A DNA stretch of 64,000 nt from Vitrella brassicaformis CCMP3155 (taxonomy: Eukaryota > Protista > Chromerida), in assembly GCA_001179505.1 (NCBI GenBank), contig CDMY01000254.1:1-64000 (forward strand). The letters run 5' to 3'. Below are positions 11,150 through 22,249 of this stretch, piece by piece. Every line of letters begins with the position of its first letter. The first letter of the stretch is position 1. Both the position numbers and the translations under genes were made by a program. Below the pieces are notes generated by a model. The model was not told the origin of the DNA and searched no databases. It was given only the letters and a program-made list of their open reading frames with translations.

Positions 11150-13094
11150 CGACTAATTCGCGATTCGTGGATGGCACAGTGTTGTCTTTATTGTGTATCG
11201 TGGCCCCGGGCCGTGCATGAGACAGCAGAACAGAGTTGTCCCAGCATTCACTGCTGAAAAATGTTGCCTGAGATTTCGCACACTATTCTGTGCACCCACG
11301 ACTGAAAAGCAGAAAAGGCGCGAGAGTGTTAAGCACAGATGCACTTGTGCTTCGATCCCCTTGCCGTAGATCTCCTTACATCACGTCCATCCAGGTCGAC
11401 TGTTACTTGCAGCATGAGGATCAGCAGACCAGGTTTACTTGGGGTACGGTGGCTTGAATGCACCCAAGAGCCGTACCAGCTGCTTTTAGCCAAGGTGACC
11501 AACAGAGAGCCACGCTTCATTTGATGCTCATGTCTCCCTGTCGGTGGTGTATCCGTAAGCGGCTGGGAGACAGAGAAACACAGCCTGGCGATGCAGTGCG
11601 GGAAGGGGGAGATGTTTCGATGGCTTGAGAGAGACGTTGTAATCAGTATGGTCGTCCATCCTAAATCAGATCCAGCCAGCCAACTCATCAGCATGCAGAC
11701 AGAGATCGGTAACCGATCAGTGTCGATCAGTCAGACGCTGCCATGCTAAATGAAATGCAGCATGCAGTCCGTTTCAACACAGGCATCCAGACAGGGACGA
11801 CTTGAAAAACTACAAAACCACCCGCGATGCAATGTTCGGCTGGCCTTTTCGCCGATACCGGCACTCACTGAGTGAGTGTGAGAACGGTCAGTGCCAGAAG
11901 CAGCAGATGGAGGGGACCGCCGCTGCATAGACGCAGTCAACACGGCAGCACACGAAGACACAAGGAGACACCTGTGTATCTGTCTGCAACGGTAGCTGGT
12001 GTTCGCACCTGAATGCACTGCTGTCGGTGCCGTCGTCTCCGGCAGGGGGCTCCTCTGTGTGTGACAGGGACATGTCATTACTGGTAAGGTCTCATGCACG
12101 GTTGGCTATACCTACCAGTGCTGGTGGCGGGCTCCGGACTGATGGTGCTGAGTCCGTCAATGGTAGTGGGCTCCTCGCTGGTGCTGCCGACATCGTCAGT
12201 GGAGCTGCCCACCTGCTGAGGAGGGATGCTGGGTGTCTCAGCGGACGTGGGTGCCTCAGAGGAGGAGCTGACTTCGTCGACGGGTCCCTCACTGGTGCTG
12301 ATGTCAGGCTCCTCACTGGTGCTAGGCTCTTCCGTGCTGCTGGTGCTGCATTCAAGCACCACAGCCCGACAGACGGACAGACAAATGGACGGCTCAATGT
12401 GTGGAGACGGTATCGGACCTGTCTCCTACGCCACGAAGCGCGCTGCCAGTGAAAGAGAAGAACAGACCAACAGGATATGTGGTCAATGGGTGTATTGCTG
12501 AGAGACGTGTAGTATCGTGCGTACACAGCTTCAGCGACGGCGAGTGTTCCAGCGGCAGTGCTGAAGTTCTCCGGTTGGGTCAATCGATTGCATCCTGACC
12601 CGGCCGCACACCTGCATGCGAAGCCCCCACGGTAGACGGCATATATGTATCATTCCTAAGTGCCTCTTACCAGCAGAGGTCGTACAACCCTGGCGTCAGC
12701 GGCGTGTTGAATGAGTACACTGAAAAGCTGCCGTCTGCCGCAGTGCCGGTCGCAATCGCCCATGCAACTGAAACACGACATACAGTCTCACGAAGATATT
12801 CATCCACTAAGCCCCAGCCCTCTGGCTGGTTGCTCACCGGAGGAGCCTGCCTCGAGAGTGGCACAGTCCTCCTGCTTGGTGATGGCGATGAGCATGTCCC
12901 CATTGGCGAGGCCAGTGCCTGTGACGGTGTGCTCACAGACGTCAGGGGCGCACACCAGCGTCTCTGCATCAGGCTGAGCGCCTGCAGGGGAGAAATCGGA
13001 AAATGATCACTATGCACTGCAGAACATCACTGCCTCCTTGCTGCTTGCCCGTGAGGGTTGCCAAGAGGAGGAAGACTGCCCCGACAACCAGCAT
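11150..13094 (-). CDS. Secreted or surface protein with a Cys-containing N-terminal domain and a mucin-like Ser/Thr/Glu/Pro tract; 3' end uncertain
   Basis: ATG at 13094, MLVVGAVFLLLATLT signal; exons AQPDAETLVCAPDVCEHTVTGTGL..., AWAIATGTAADGSFSVYSFNTPLTPGLYDLCW, CNRLTQPENFSTAAGTLAVAE; STEEPSTSEEPDISTSEGP repeats at 12078-12362. Confidence 0.6.
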
Positions 13095-13143
13095 CGTCTC
13101 AAACTAGTGGAAAACTCGCGCGAGCCTGGGGGCCGGATGGACT

Positions 13144-13190
13144 CTGGCCGTTTTTCCCTGGCCGTTTTTCCCTGGCCGTTTTCCCTGGCG
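13144..13190. repeat. Tandem 14-bp repeat CTGGCCGTTTTTCC, ~3.4 copies
   Basis: Units at 13144, 13158, 13172 (13 bp) and a partial unit at 13185, about 50-95 bp upstream of the ATG at 13094. Confidence 0.9.
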
Positions 13191-13325
13191 GTCAAAGCAC
13201 TTTCATTTGTGGTTGGACCGAGGCAATGCAAGTGTGAACCGAGGTAATGCAGGTTTCCCGTTTTTTGCCATGGGTTTTGGCCATCGGTAAAAACCCCTGG
13301 ACACCCTGTGTGGGCGTGTGGCTGT

Positions 13326-15096
13326 TCAGGGAAGTGCTGACACTGCGTCGATATCCCACAGCCGCTGTTTCATCAGAGCCTTTCTTTTCATTGAAGCTCC
13401 ACTCACCCAATTGACATGGGCTGTCACAATTTCCTCTCGCTCCTGTTTCGTTAAGAAGTCAGAGGTAGGTGCACTTCGCATCTTCAAAAATACCCGACCT
13501 GATGAATGAGAGAAAAACACACACACACACACGAGGAAACTGCGCTGACACGATTTTGCGAAGGACACCAACCCGAGGGGAAGAGCGGTGACATGTACTT
13601 CGAAAGAACTTCTAACCTGATGGGAAGAGCAGTTGTCACGGTTTTGCCCTTGACCACCAGTGGAGGCCTCTCCACCAGATCGACACCAATGGCGTGGCGC
13701 ACGCCGGCTTGCTACAATGCCCGCACCCTTTCCCCTGTTGACGCGCCAATGCTGAGGGCACGCGAGTCGCGCGTGAGGTACCCGGCGAACCAATAGCGAT
13801 CAAACAATCGCACATGCATGTACCTGCATATCAACTACAGAAGTCAACACGAGACAACCAATTCATGTGGATCCCTTATCCATTCGAGCATATCGACGGA
13901 GAGCTGTCCTGAAGCGTCTTGCCCACCTGAAGCGCCACTTCTGATGTAGGCGCCGTTTCCCTGTGTGGCGACGGATTCATTGTACGCCCTCCCATTCACG
14001 AACGAGCTGGCGTGGCTGCTGAGGGCAGACTGGCACATTTCCGCTGTCTTTCGTCCTGCCTCCTGGCCGATGTTCTGCCTTTGGTTCAATGGGAGGGAAT
14101 CCATGATAAAGCAGCTATCATTGGCGACACTGGGGCGCAGGAGACGCTGAGCATCAAAAGAGGGCGTCTCCTGCGGACTCGTCTTTCGCTTGTCCGCCGT
14201 CCAGACGTTTAAGCACTCGTCGGCCACACCGTCGAGGTCGTGCAAACCTGACATATTCCTGAGGATAGGCAGCCATTGGTCCGATGCTCGAATCTGCCTA
14301 GATCCCCAGCTCACCTTGGCGTATGGCAGTATGGAGAATATCGAGGAGGTCCAGCACGGGCCACTCTGAGACGAACAAGGCATGCCAGCCGGTCAGCCAA
14401 ATGCAGTACAGCTAGCTCACCTGTGCTCAGCAAGGTCCGAAGAGGAATCTGCCTGATGATGTCTCTCACGAGAGTGTCTTTTCTGTCGACATTTTGAATC
14501 ATGGCTGCCGAGATGAGGGCCAGCGGGCACTTGTTAAAATAGCGAGAGGCCTCTACGGGGAGAGAGACATACTGTGCCTTTCGGCAATCAGATCCTCTGT
14601 GGGCCTTTGTGTACCTTTGGCGACCTCTTGGCCGAGTCGAGCCGCCTCATTTGCGTTCTCTTGCAGAACGGTTGCTGGCGGCTGGCCCCCACTGATTTGG
14701 TCTTGCCATGTGCTTACCAGCCCCATGAGAGAGCTGTAAAACGTCCGCAGCGCTGAGGACTTGTGCAAGAGAGGACAGTCATACGAGTCAAGGTCAGGGA
14801 GGCCCTCTTTCAACAGAGCAAGCATCCTAAACAAAAGACAGATCAGGGAAGACATCTGGTCCTGAACGCTGACCTCAGGATTGGCCATGTTGTGTCGAGT
14901 ATGTGGGAAGCGAGACCAAACTGGTCATAAGTCGTCGAGCTCAGCCAGGGTGTGTGACATGTACTGCTCGAGGGACGCGATGACAGCGTCACTCTGGGGC
15001 GGATGGACGGCAAAGAAAATCATGGAGGAGTGAAGCATTGAGAGACGCGTTGGCGCATGACGCCAGGGCTGCGATGACGAGGACGACCTTCACCAT
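13326..15096 (-). CDS. Unknown multi-exon protein, possibly secreted
   Basis: MVKVVLVIAALASCANA signal-like start at 15096; long minus-strand ORF blocks 14553-14888, 14311-14502, 13844-14383, 13484-13702 and 13326-13500, several separated by GT-AG intron-like segments. No family recognised. Confidence 0.4.
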
Positions 15097-15350
15097 GTGG
15101 CGGCCCGATTCGTCGTGAAACGCTTCTAAAATCGGCTCTCCTCTTGAGTGTGAATCTCCGCTGGTGAGCAACAGCACTGGTGTGGGGTGACCCTTTGTTT
15201 TTTCAGTTCGACCGTGATCGACCGTTTTGTCTGACCGCACGCCTTCCGTCTGAGAGAGACGACGACCGTGCTGAAGTGTCAGCCCGATTCGCGGACAACA
15301 CGCGAGTTAAACACAACAACCAACCAACCAACCAAGCAGCGAGAGATCCA

Positions 15351-17060
15351 ATGTCGTTGAGCGAGTATGAGGTGGTGGCCACGAGTCCCGAGGCCGTACG
15401 ACTTCGTGTCATTCGTCCTGACGACATCCCCGAGCACAGCGAGCCGCTAGATCCGCAGGCAGTCGAGAGCGCGCGACAGATCCTCGATGAAGTCAAGAAG
15501 GCGGGGAGAGCGGCGGTAGTCAAGTATGCGCTCAAGTTCGGGGACATCGGCAGCGACAGCGAGAGGCTCATCTACACGCGGGAGGATCTGAAGGACGCCT
15601 ATGAGGGCCTTCCTGGTACGCAGCAAGGGCTGCTCATGCGGGTGGCGTCGCGGATCCGACGGTTCGCTGAAGCGCAAAGGGCTTCGGTCAATGCAATGCA
15701 GGTGAGATGTTGATAGACAAGACAAACTCAAATGGACGCACGTTCGTTTGATCTGCAGATATCCGTTCCGGGGGGCTTTGCGGGTCAGTCTGTGGTGCCC
15801 GTCGAAGCAGCAGGGTGCTATGCGCCCGGAGGCAGATACCCACTCCCCTCTTCTGTCCTGATGACGGCCATCACTGCTCGAGTGGCAGGAGTCAGCCACG
15901 TTGTGGTCGCTTCCCCTAAGCCGTCTGCCGTGACGAAAGCCACAGCATACATCGCTGGCGCAGATGCATTGCTGGGCATTGGCGGTCCCGCAGCAATTGG
16001 TGCGCTGACGTATGGCGTGACCGATCTTGGTGTCCCTCCTTGCAACGTCATCGTGGGACCCGGCAACAAGTACGTAGCTGCGGCCAAGGGGCTGGTCAAC
16101 GGCACGGTCGGCATCGACATGATCGCTGGACCGTCTGAGCTGCTAGTCATCTCTGACGAGAAGGCCGACCCGAGGTGAGGAGAAGCGAGGGCTGAGATAT
16201 CTCCACATGTCGTGCTCTTTGTTCCAGAGTGGTTGCGAGTGACTTGTTGGCTCAAGCAGAGCACGACACGGTTGCCCGTGTGGTGCTCGTGACGACCTGC
16301 GCCTCCCTCATCCCGGCTGTGGAACAACAACTCACGCAACAACTGGCGGTGAGAAACAGGAAAACGCCAAGGGTGTTTCTCACCCGTGGTAGTGTCTTTC
16401 AGGTATTGCCAACTCGCGACGTGGCCTCGGAGGCGTTGAAAAACTCCTTCTGTCTGTTGGCCGGCTCGACTGAGGAGGCCATTGACATCGCCGACAAGAT
16501 CGCACCGGAACACCTCGAGGTCAGGAGACGCTATAAAGGGACACTTAGCTCATACGTGCCTTTAATACAGCGAGCGACTCGGTTGCGTTGTGCAGGTGGT
16601 GACAGAGGACGCCGAGGGTGTGTCTCGTCGCCTGAAGAACTACGGTGGCCTGTTCATTGGCAACAGTGCAGCGGAGGTGCTGGGCGACTACGGCATCGGA
16701 CCCAACCACACCCTTCCCACATCAGGGACGGCCAAGTACACAGGTGAGTGAAGTGTTCGGTGGTACACAATTTGATGTGGCTCTGTGTGGCTGCCTGCCT
16801 CTGCAGGTGGCCTGTCTGTCTTCAACTTTTTGCGGATACGGACGTGGCTGAACATTCATGACTTGCACGACCCAACCTGCCAGCAGGCAGTCAGGTGATG
16901 TGTATACGGTGCAGGCGGCGCATACCGAACATCGATGCGTTTCCGCTTTGCAGGGACTCAGTTGACTTGGCCGAGCTGGAGGGCCTGGTCGGCCACTCAC
17001 GATCAGCCCGATGCCGCCTGACGAACCAGTCGTCCCTCACCCCCCCTGCACCTTCTATCC
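15351..17060 (+). CDS. hisD: Histidinol dehydrogenase domain of the fusion
   Basis: GCYAPGGRYPLPSSVLM, GPGNKYV, IDMIAGPSE, DLLAQAEHD, APEHLE, LGDYGIGPNHTLPTSG, AELEGLVGHSRSA. Confidence 0.96.
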
Positions 17061-20000
17061 GGGTGCAGCAGAGCGAGTCGCCTACCCCAGACACACAGGT
17101 TACTAGCGCATCTCTCTCACAACTAGATCACCTAGCAGACACAAACGCTGGAAAACTACAGGTAAAGCGGCAGGCAGATTGACGCACATCCGCACATGAA
17201 ATGCATGCGCAAAGAAGGGAGTCTGTGCATCCATGTGTGGTTGTGTCTGGTGTCAGCGCTTGATCCGTCCGGACGTGGGCAGCTTGATGGCCTACACCCC
17301 CGTCAAGCCCCTCGATGTGGTGGCTGAGGAGATAGGCGTGCCCATCGACGACCTCTGCAAGCTAGACGCCAATGAGAACATATACGGCATACAGTCAGAC
17401 GTCGTGCACCAAATTATGGTAAGACAGATGCAGTTGCGTACGATGGCTGTTGTTCCTCTGCGTTTGTCTCTCTGTTCAGGCCAGCAGTCGTGCAATGCAC
17501 ATTTATCCCGACCCCGACCAAAATGCACTCAGGGACATGCTCAGCAAGTTCACAAAAAGGTATCAGCAGATGCAGTTCCGAGTACTCTTGCCTTCAAATT
17601 GATATGTATTGTGCACATGCAGGCCTCGTGAGGAGATCGTGTGTGGTGCCGGCGCTGATGACATGATCGACCTGATCATCAGGATAGTGCATCCACGGAA
17701 GATTGTCATCCCGACACCGACATTCCCCATGTTCAAGTTCTTCGCACTCATTCTTCGGTGACTTCTGATCAATCACGTACAACAGGCACAACCACATCTC
17801 ACTGCCAATGCCTGTGTGCTGCAGCTGCGAGGTTGTGGAGGTCCCCCTTTCCCCCCCTCCCTCGTTCTCTCTGCCCCTGCAGCAGATGCTCGAAGAGATC
17901 CGGAGAGGAGCATCGCTGGTCTTTGTCGCGTCCCCAAACAATCCCACTGGCAAATCTGTGGCGCGAGCGCAACTGGAGACACTACTGAAGGAGGAGTGCA
18001 TTGTCGTTGTCGACGAGGCATACATCGAGTTTTCCGACAAGGGTGATGTCACTGATATGATGGACAAGTGGGTCACGAGACAATGGATCGGTCTGAGGAA
18101 TAGAAGACCTTTCTTCGATGCGTCCCTTGTTGTGTGCAGGTACCCGAACTTGGTGATACTGCGCACTTTCTCAAAGTGGGGTGCAATGGCCGGCCTGCGA
18201 TGCGGATACGGTCTCTTCCACCCACTACTCGCGGACAGAATCAGACAGGTCAGTGGCGAGCTCGGCAATATGGATATGAATCGCGACAGTTGCTCTGTTG
18301 TTATCAGATCAAGATCCCCTACAACGTGAGCGTCGCAGCCGAGTCAGCTGCACGGGCATCGCTGCAGCACTTCGAGGTGCTCGCGCAGCAGATCGACCGC
18401 ATCAAGGCCGAGCGTTACCGACTGCTGTCCATCATCAAGTCCTCCCCGCAGCTGCACTTCCTCCATCCGTATGACAGCGACACCAACTTCATCCTCTGCA
18501 AGGTGGATCCAGGCAGCGCAGAAGGCCTAAGGGATCAACTGAGGAAGAGAGGCGTGCTCGTCAGGTGAGGCCGCAGATACAGTGTCAACGGGTCGACGTT
18601 TTGTTGGTGTCCTCAGGTACTACGCGACAGGCATGCTCAAGAACTTCATTCGTATCAGCTGCGGTCGACCTGAGGACACGGATCGCCTCATTCGTGAGCT
18701 GTGTACGCTGCCTCTATTCGCGTCGGAAGGGGGACTGCCCCTGCCTCCACAGATTCCCCCAAAACCACTCAAAACGACGCCCACGGGTCAGCAGAAAATA
18801 AAGAAAGGGCATGGGAGACGGTCACTTTCATCTTTGTTTTTCCAGCTTTGTTGTTTGACATGGATGGGGTCCTTGCTGACGTGTCCCAGTCGTACAGAAA
18901 GGTTAGCAAGATGCACTTCCTCCGCAAGTGACAGTCTCCACTCACGTGCCAATGCTTGTCCGCTCCAGGCCACTCTCTTGGCAGCCGAGAAGTACGGGGC
19001 CAAGTGCAGCAGTGAGGACATAGTGGCCATGAAACGACAGGGCAACGCAAACAACGATTGGATACTCACGCAAAGGCTCATCAAGTCGAAGACGGAGCGA
19101 GAGGTCAGATCTATTGGTGGGACGGGTAGACGTGCGATGTCAGATTTCCATCGCCTGGTGCAGGTTCCTTACGATGACGTGGTGGCATCGTTCCAAGAGT
19201 ACTACAACGTCGCCAAGGCGAGCGAGAAGTGCATCATCCCCTTACCTGTATTGGAAAGCCTGAGGGCGCAAGGCACGCTGCTGGCCGTCGTCACGGGCAG
19301 ACCAAGGTACACGAGGGAGGGTAGTACATTGATAGACGTATGGATGCACGGTCGGTCATGATGCATCAATCCTTATCCTATACCGACTCGACAGAATGAG
19401 GTCCATACATTCGACACTTTGCCTGAACGAATGACTATGTTACACATCATGAATGCCGCCACAGCCAAGATGCATACAGTCAAAGTTTTTTTGTGTGTTC
19501 TTTAGGACCGAGGCTGAGTATTTTCTGAGCGAGCATGGGCTGCGTGGGGTATTCTCCGTCATTGTGACAATGGAGGACGGACCCCCCAAGCCCGACCCTG
19601 GACCCGTGCTTTTGGTGAGTCTTCGGAGGGCAGGATGCGTTGGCGTCTGACCACGTGATTGCATGTAATCTCCTTTCTCTGTAGGCCCTGGACCACCTGG
19701 GCTTGGTGTCGTCGGGCATCGAGGGTTGGGTTGGGATGATCGGCGACACACCTGACGACATCCGCAGTGCAGTGGCGGCACACAAGCACCTCCAGCAGCA
19801 GTCCTCTTGTGCGATCGATGTCATGGGCATGGGGGTGCTGACTCCTGAGGAAGCACAGAAGGACAGGTAGCCTCCGGGCGCGAGGAGGGTGACAGCACAC
19901 ATGCATGCACGTGTTTTCCATGCTTCAGGTCGCATCGCATAGCTGCAACTGACTGTCTGGTTGAGGCCGGGGCAGTGCGCGTAGCCAGGACATACGAGTA

Positions 20001-20952
20001 AGCACAGGAAGAAGAGGATAGCGACTAGCTGAGATGGTGCCAAACTGATCCACACGTATATGATATTGCGTTGCAGTGACTTGTTGCCCTACATTTTGCC
20101 CACCACCAGCTCCCCGCCGCTGGTTCACAGTCACGACGTCTCTGGTGCCGCCGGCTTCACTGACCGTCAGAGCATGCGTATCGGGGAGGTGTCGCGGACG
20201 ACCAAAGAGACCAAGATATCCTGCCGTGTGTGCCTTGGTGGGTCGGGCAAGGCGGACGTCAACACTGGTGTGGGCTTCTTCGATCACATGCTGCAGCAGC
20301 TCGCCAAGCACGGACGCTTTGACATCAGGTGAATGATAAAGAAGACAGCGAGACAGTGTGTGAGCACGAAGGAAATCCTGTGTGCAGCCTCAATTGCGCG
20401 GGTGATCTGCACATTGACGACCATCACACTGTGGAGGACTGTTCGATCGCACTCGGCACCTGCTTTGACAAGGCACTGGGTAGTCGCGGTGGCATCAACC
20501 GGTTCGGCACGGCTTACGCGCCTCTTGACGAGAGCCTGGCACGAGCAGTGGTGGACCTGTCGGGCAGGGGACACTCGGAAGTGCACATACCTTTCGAGCG
20601 GGAAAAGGTGCGGGAAGGAATCGTATCTACCCTCGCCCCACATATCTGCTGTTCTCCTTCGAAGGTCGGCACGTTGTCGACGGAGATGGTGAGCCACATT
20701 TTCTATTCTCTGGCCAGCGCCATGAAGGCCACCATCCACATCGATCTGATTCGGGGTGTCAACACGCACCACAAGGTAGACGGCATGAAATGCAACAGCC
20801 GCACCAGACGACCATTGCCTTTGTCATCCCAACCTTCACTATTCCTTGCGCAGGTCGAGTGCAGCTTCAAGGCATTCGCTCAAGCATTGCGGACAGCCTG
20901 CTCCATAACGAGAGCGGCAACAGACATCCCGTCAACAAAGGGAATGCTGTGA
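15351..20952 (+). CDS. Multifunctional histidine-biosynthesis protein: HisD - HisC - HAD phosphatase - imidazoleglycerol-phosphate dehydratase, one multi-exon gene
   Basis: All three inter-domain junctions splice in frame via GT-AG introns: 17162-17256 (phase 0, ...GKLQ|RLIRPDV), 18787-18845 (phase 1, ...TPT|ALLFDMDG), and ~19999-20077 (...RTYD|DLLPYILP...TKETKI). Stop GML* at 20952. Confidence 0.9.
17257..18720 (+). CDS. hisC: Histidinol-phosphate aminotransferase domain of the fusion
   Basis: KLDANEN, GAGADDMID, SPNNPTG, VVVDEAYIEF, PLP-lysine motif LRTFSKWGAMAGLRCGY, PYNVS, SDTNFIL, IRISCG. Confidence 0.96.
18846..20060 (+). CDS. HAD-superfamily (capped, subfamily IA-like) hydrolase domain of the fusion
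   Basis: Motif I LLFDMDGVLADVSQSYR, cap with GNANNDW, motif II VVTGRP, motif III MEDGPPKPDP, motif IV MIGDTPDD. Confidence 0.9.
20170..20952 (+). CDS. hisB: Imidazoleglycerol-phosphate dehydratase domain of the fusion
   Basis: SRTTKETKI, TGVGFFDHML, HIDDHHTVED, RFGTAYAPLDESLA, STEMVSHIF, NTHHK|VECSFKAF, PSTKGML*. Confidence 0.97.
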
Positions 20953-21671
20953 CTTTCTATGAATCGTGATGGAGTATTGCATGTGGATTTGAGTATGGGA
21001 CACGATCTATAGCTGCAAATGGTGTGCCTCTCGTCGTATCGAGTCGTATCGTTGATGGGGGTCCCCGACTCCATCGTGTCAGTATCCTCTGTAGTGCCAT
21101 CAAGTAGGTTGCTCCCGGATTGAGAGACGTTGCCGACAAAACAGGGGGAGGGGGGGACAAGGCCATGCTGTGAACACTTTTCTGCCGCATGTTACCAGAT
21201 TTCCTGAGTGTCTTTTACCCTCTCTCTGTCTCTGGAGGCTCCATCGGCATGAAGTCCTCTGCAGACTGACCGACTCACCCAATACTCCTGAAACGGCACA
21301 GGGCGCAACTCTGATCGATCCTTTCGGGTAGGATTGAAGAAGACACGGCTCCGGTGAATAGTCGCTGTGCCGTGCACTCGAGAAGACACGGCTCCATGTT
21401 AGTTCTGTCGCCGCTATGATAACACGCCTGGAACGTGGACCAATCACTCAAATCACTCATTCATCATTGCAAAGAGGTCCAGCAGTGAATCATTCATTCA
21501 CTCATTCACTGATCATTCTCGAGTCTTGTTTCAATGAGAAGGAGTCTGTTTCGGTGAGAACGTGTTTGCTGTTGCCCCTTTGGTGTTTAGGGGGTTGACG
21601 AGGACTTGAAAACAGATGAAACAGAAGGGCCAAAATATAACAAAAACATAGCACCGAGACACTCGGAAGAT

Positions 21672-21860
21672 AGGAAGAAAACCATTGATGAACGGATTCA
21701 TTGATGTACCTGCCTGCCCTTTCTGTCTGTCTCTCTGTACGTACGTCTCCGATGGATAGATGCCAAATGATGGATGGATGGTGTGTTTAATGTGCCTGCC
21801 TGCCTATATGTGTCTGTATTTGTGTGCTGTGTCTCATGTCTGCATGTGCGTGTATGTGTA
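21672..21860 (+). repeat. Copy of a dispersed (CTGT/TGTA-rich) repeat
   Basis: GGAAGAAAACC...ACGGATTCATTGATGTACCTGCCTGCC...GTCTCTCTGTA...TGTGTCTCATGT resembles the reverse complement of 38760-38880. Confidence 0.55.
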
Positions 21861-21907
21861 TGTTTTAACATGTTGTTAAACCCCCTTTACCCCTTTTTTT
21901 ACCGACG

Positions 21908-21980
21908 TACAGTCCGGACCGCGTAAGTGGGTCACCGCATAAGCGGGTCAGACGCGTAAGTGGGTCAGCCATGTACTGTA
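21908..21980. repeat. Three 15-bp repeats (CGCGTAAGTGGGTCA) bounded by TACAGT...ACTGTA; possible Tc1/mariner-type mini-element
   Basis: Repeats at 21920-21934, 21936-21950 (2 mismatches) and 21953-21967; TA-CAGT at 21908 and ACTG-TA ending at 21980. Confidence 0.6.
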
Positions 21981-22249
21981 GTAGTTTCTGGTGTTTTAAT
22001 TTCTCCGCTGCGGCGCCTACTCATGCGCCTACTCCGGGTCGTCATCGAAGTTCAGTCCCCGAAAGAGACAAGTGGGTGCAGATTTTGTGAAAGGTGACCT
22101 GCGGTCCTCTCTTGGGGGTCAATTACGACCTTCTATGACAGAAAGAACTAGTAGTTTTTTCTTACTTATAGCTGACCTGCATGATTCTAGCCTTGATGCG
22201 CGAAACGGAATTGACTCATCACAAAGAGGAAAGAGAGGCGCCCTCCCTT

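Noticed and set aside
21920-21967. CRISPR-like array
   Set aside because: Repeats are 15 bp with 1-2 nt spacers in a eukaryotic context, and no cas genes are present.
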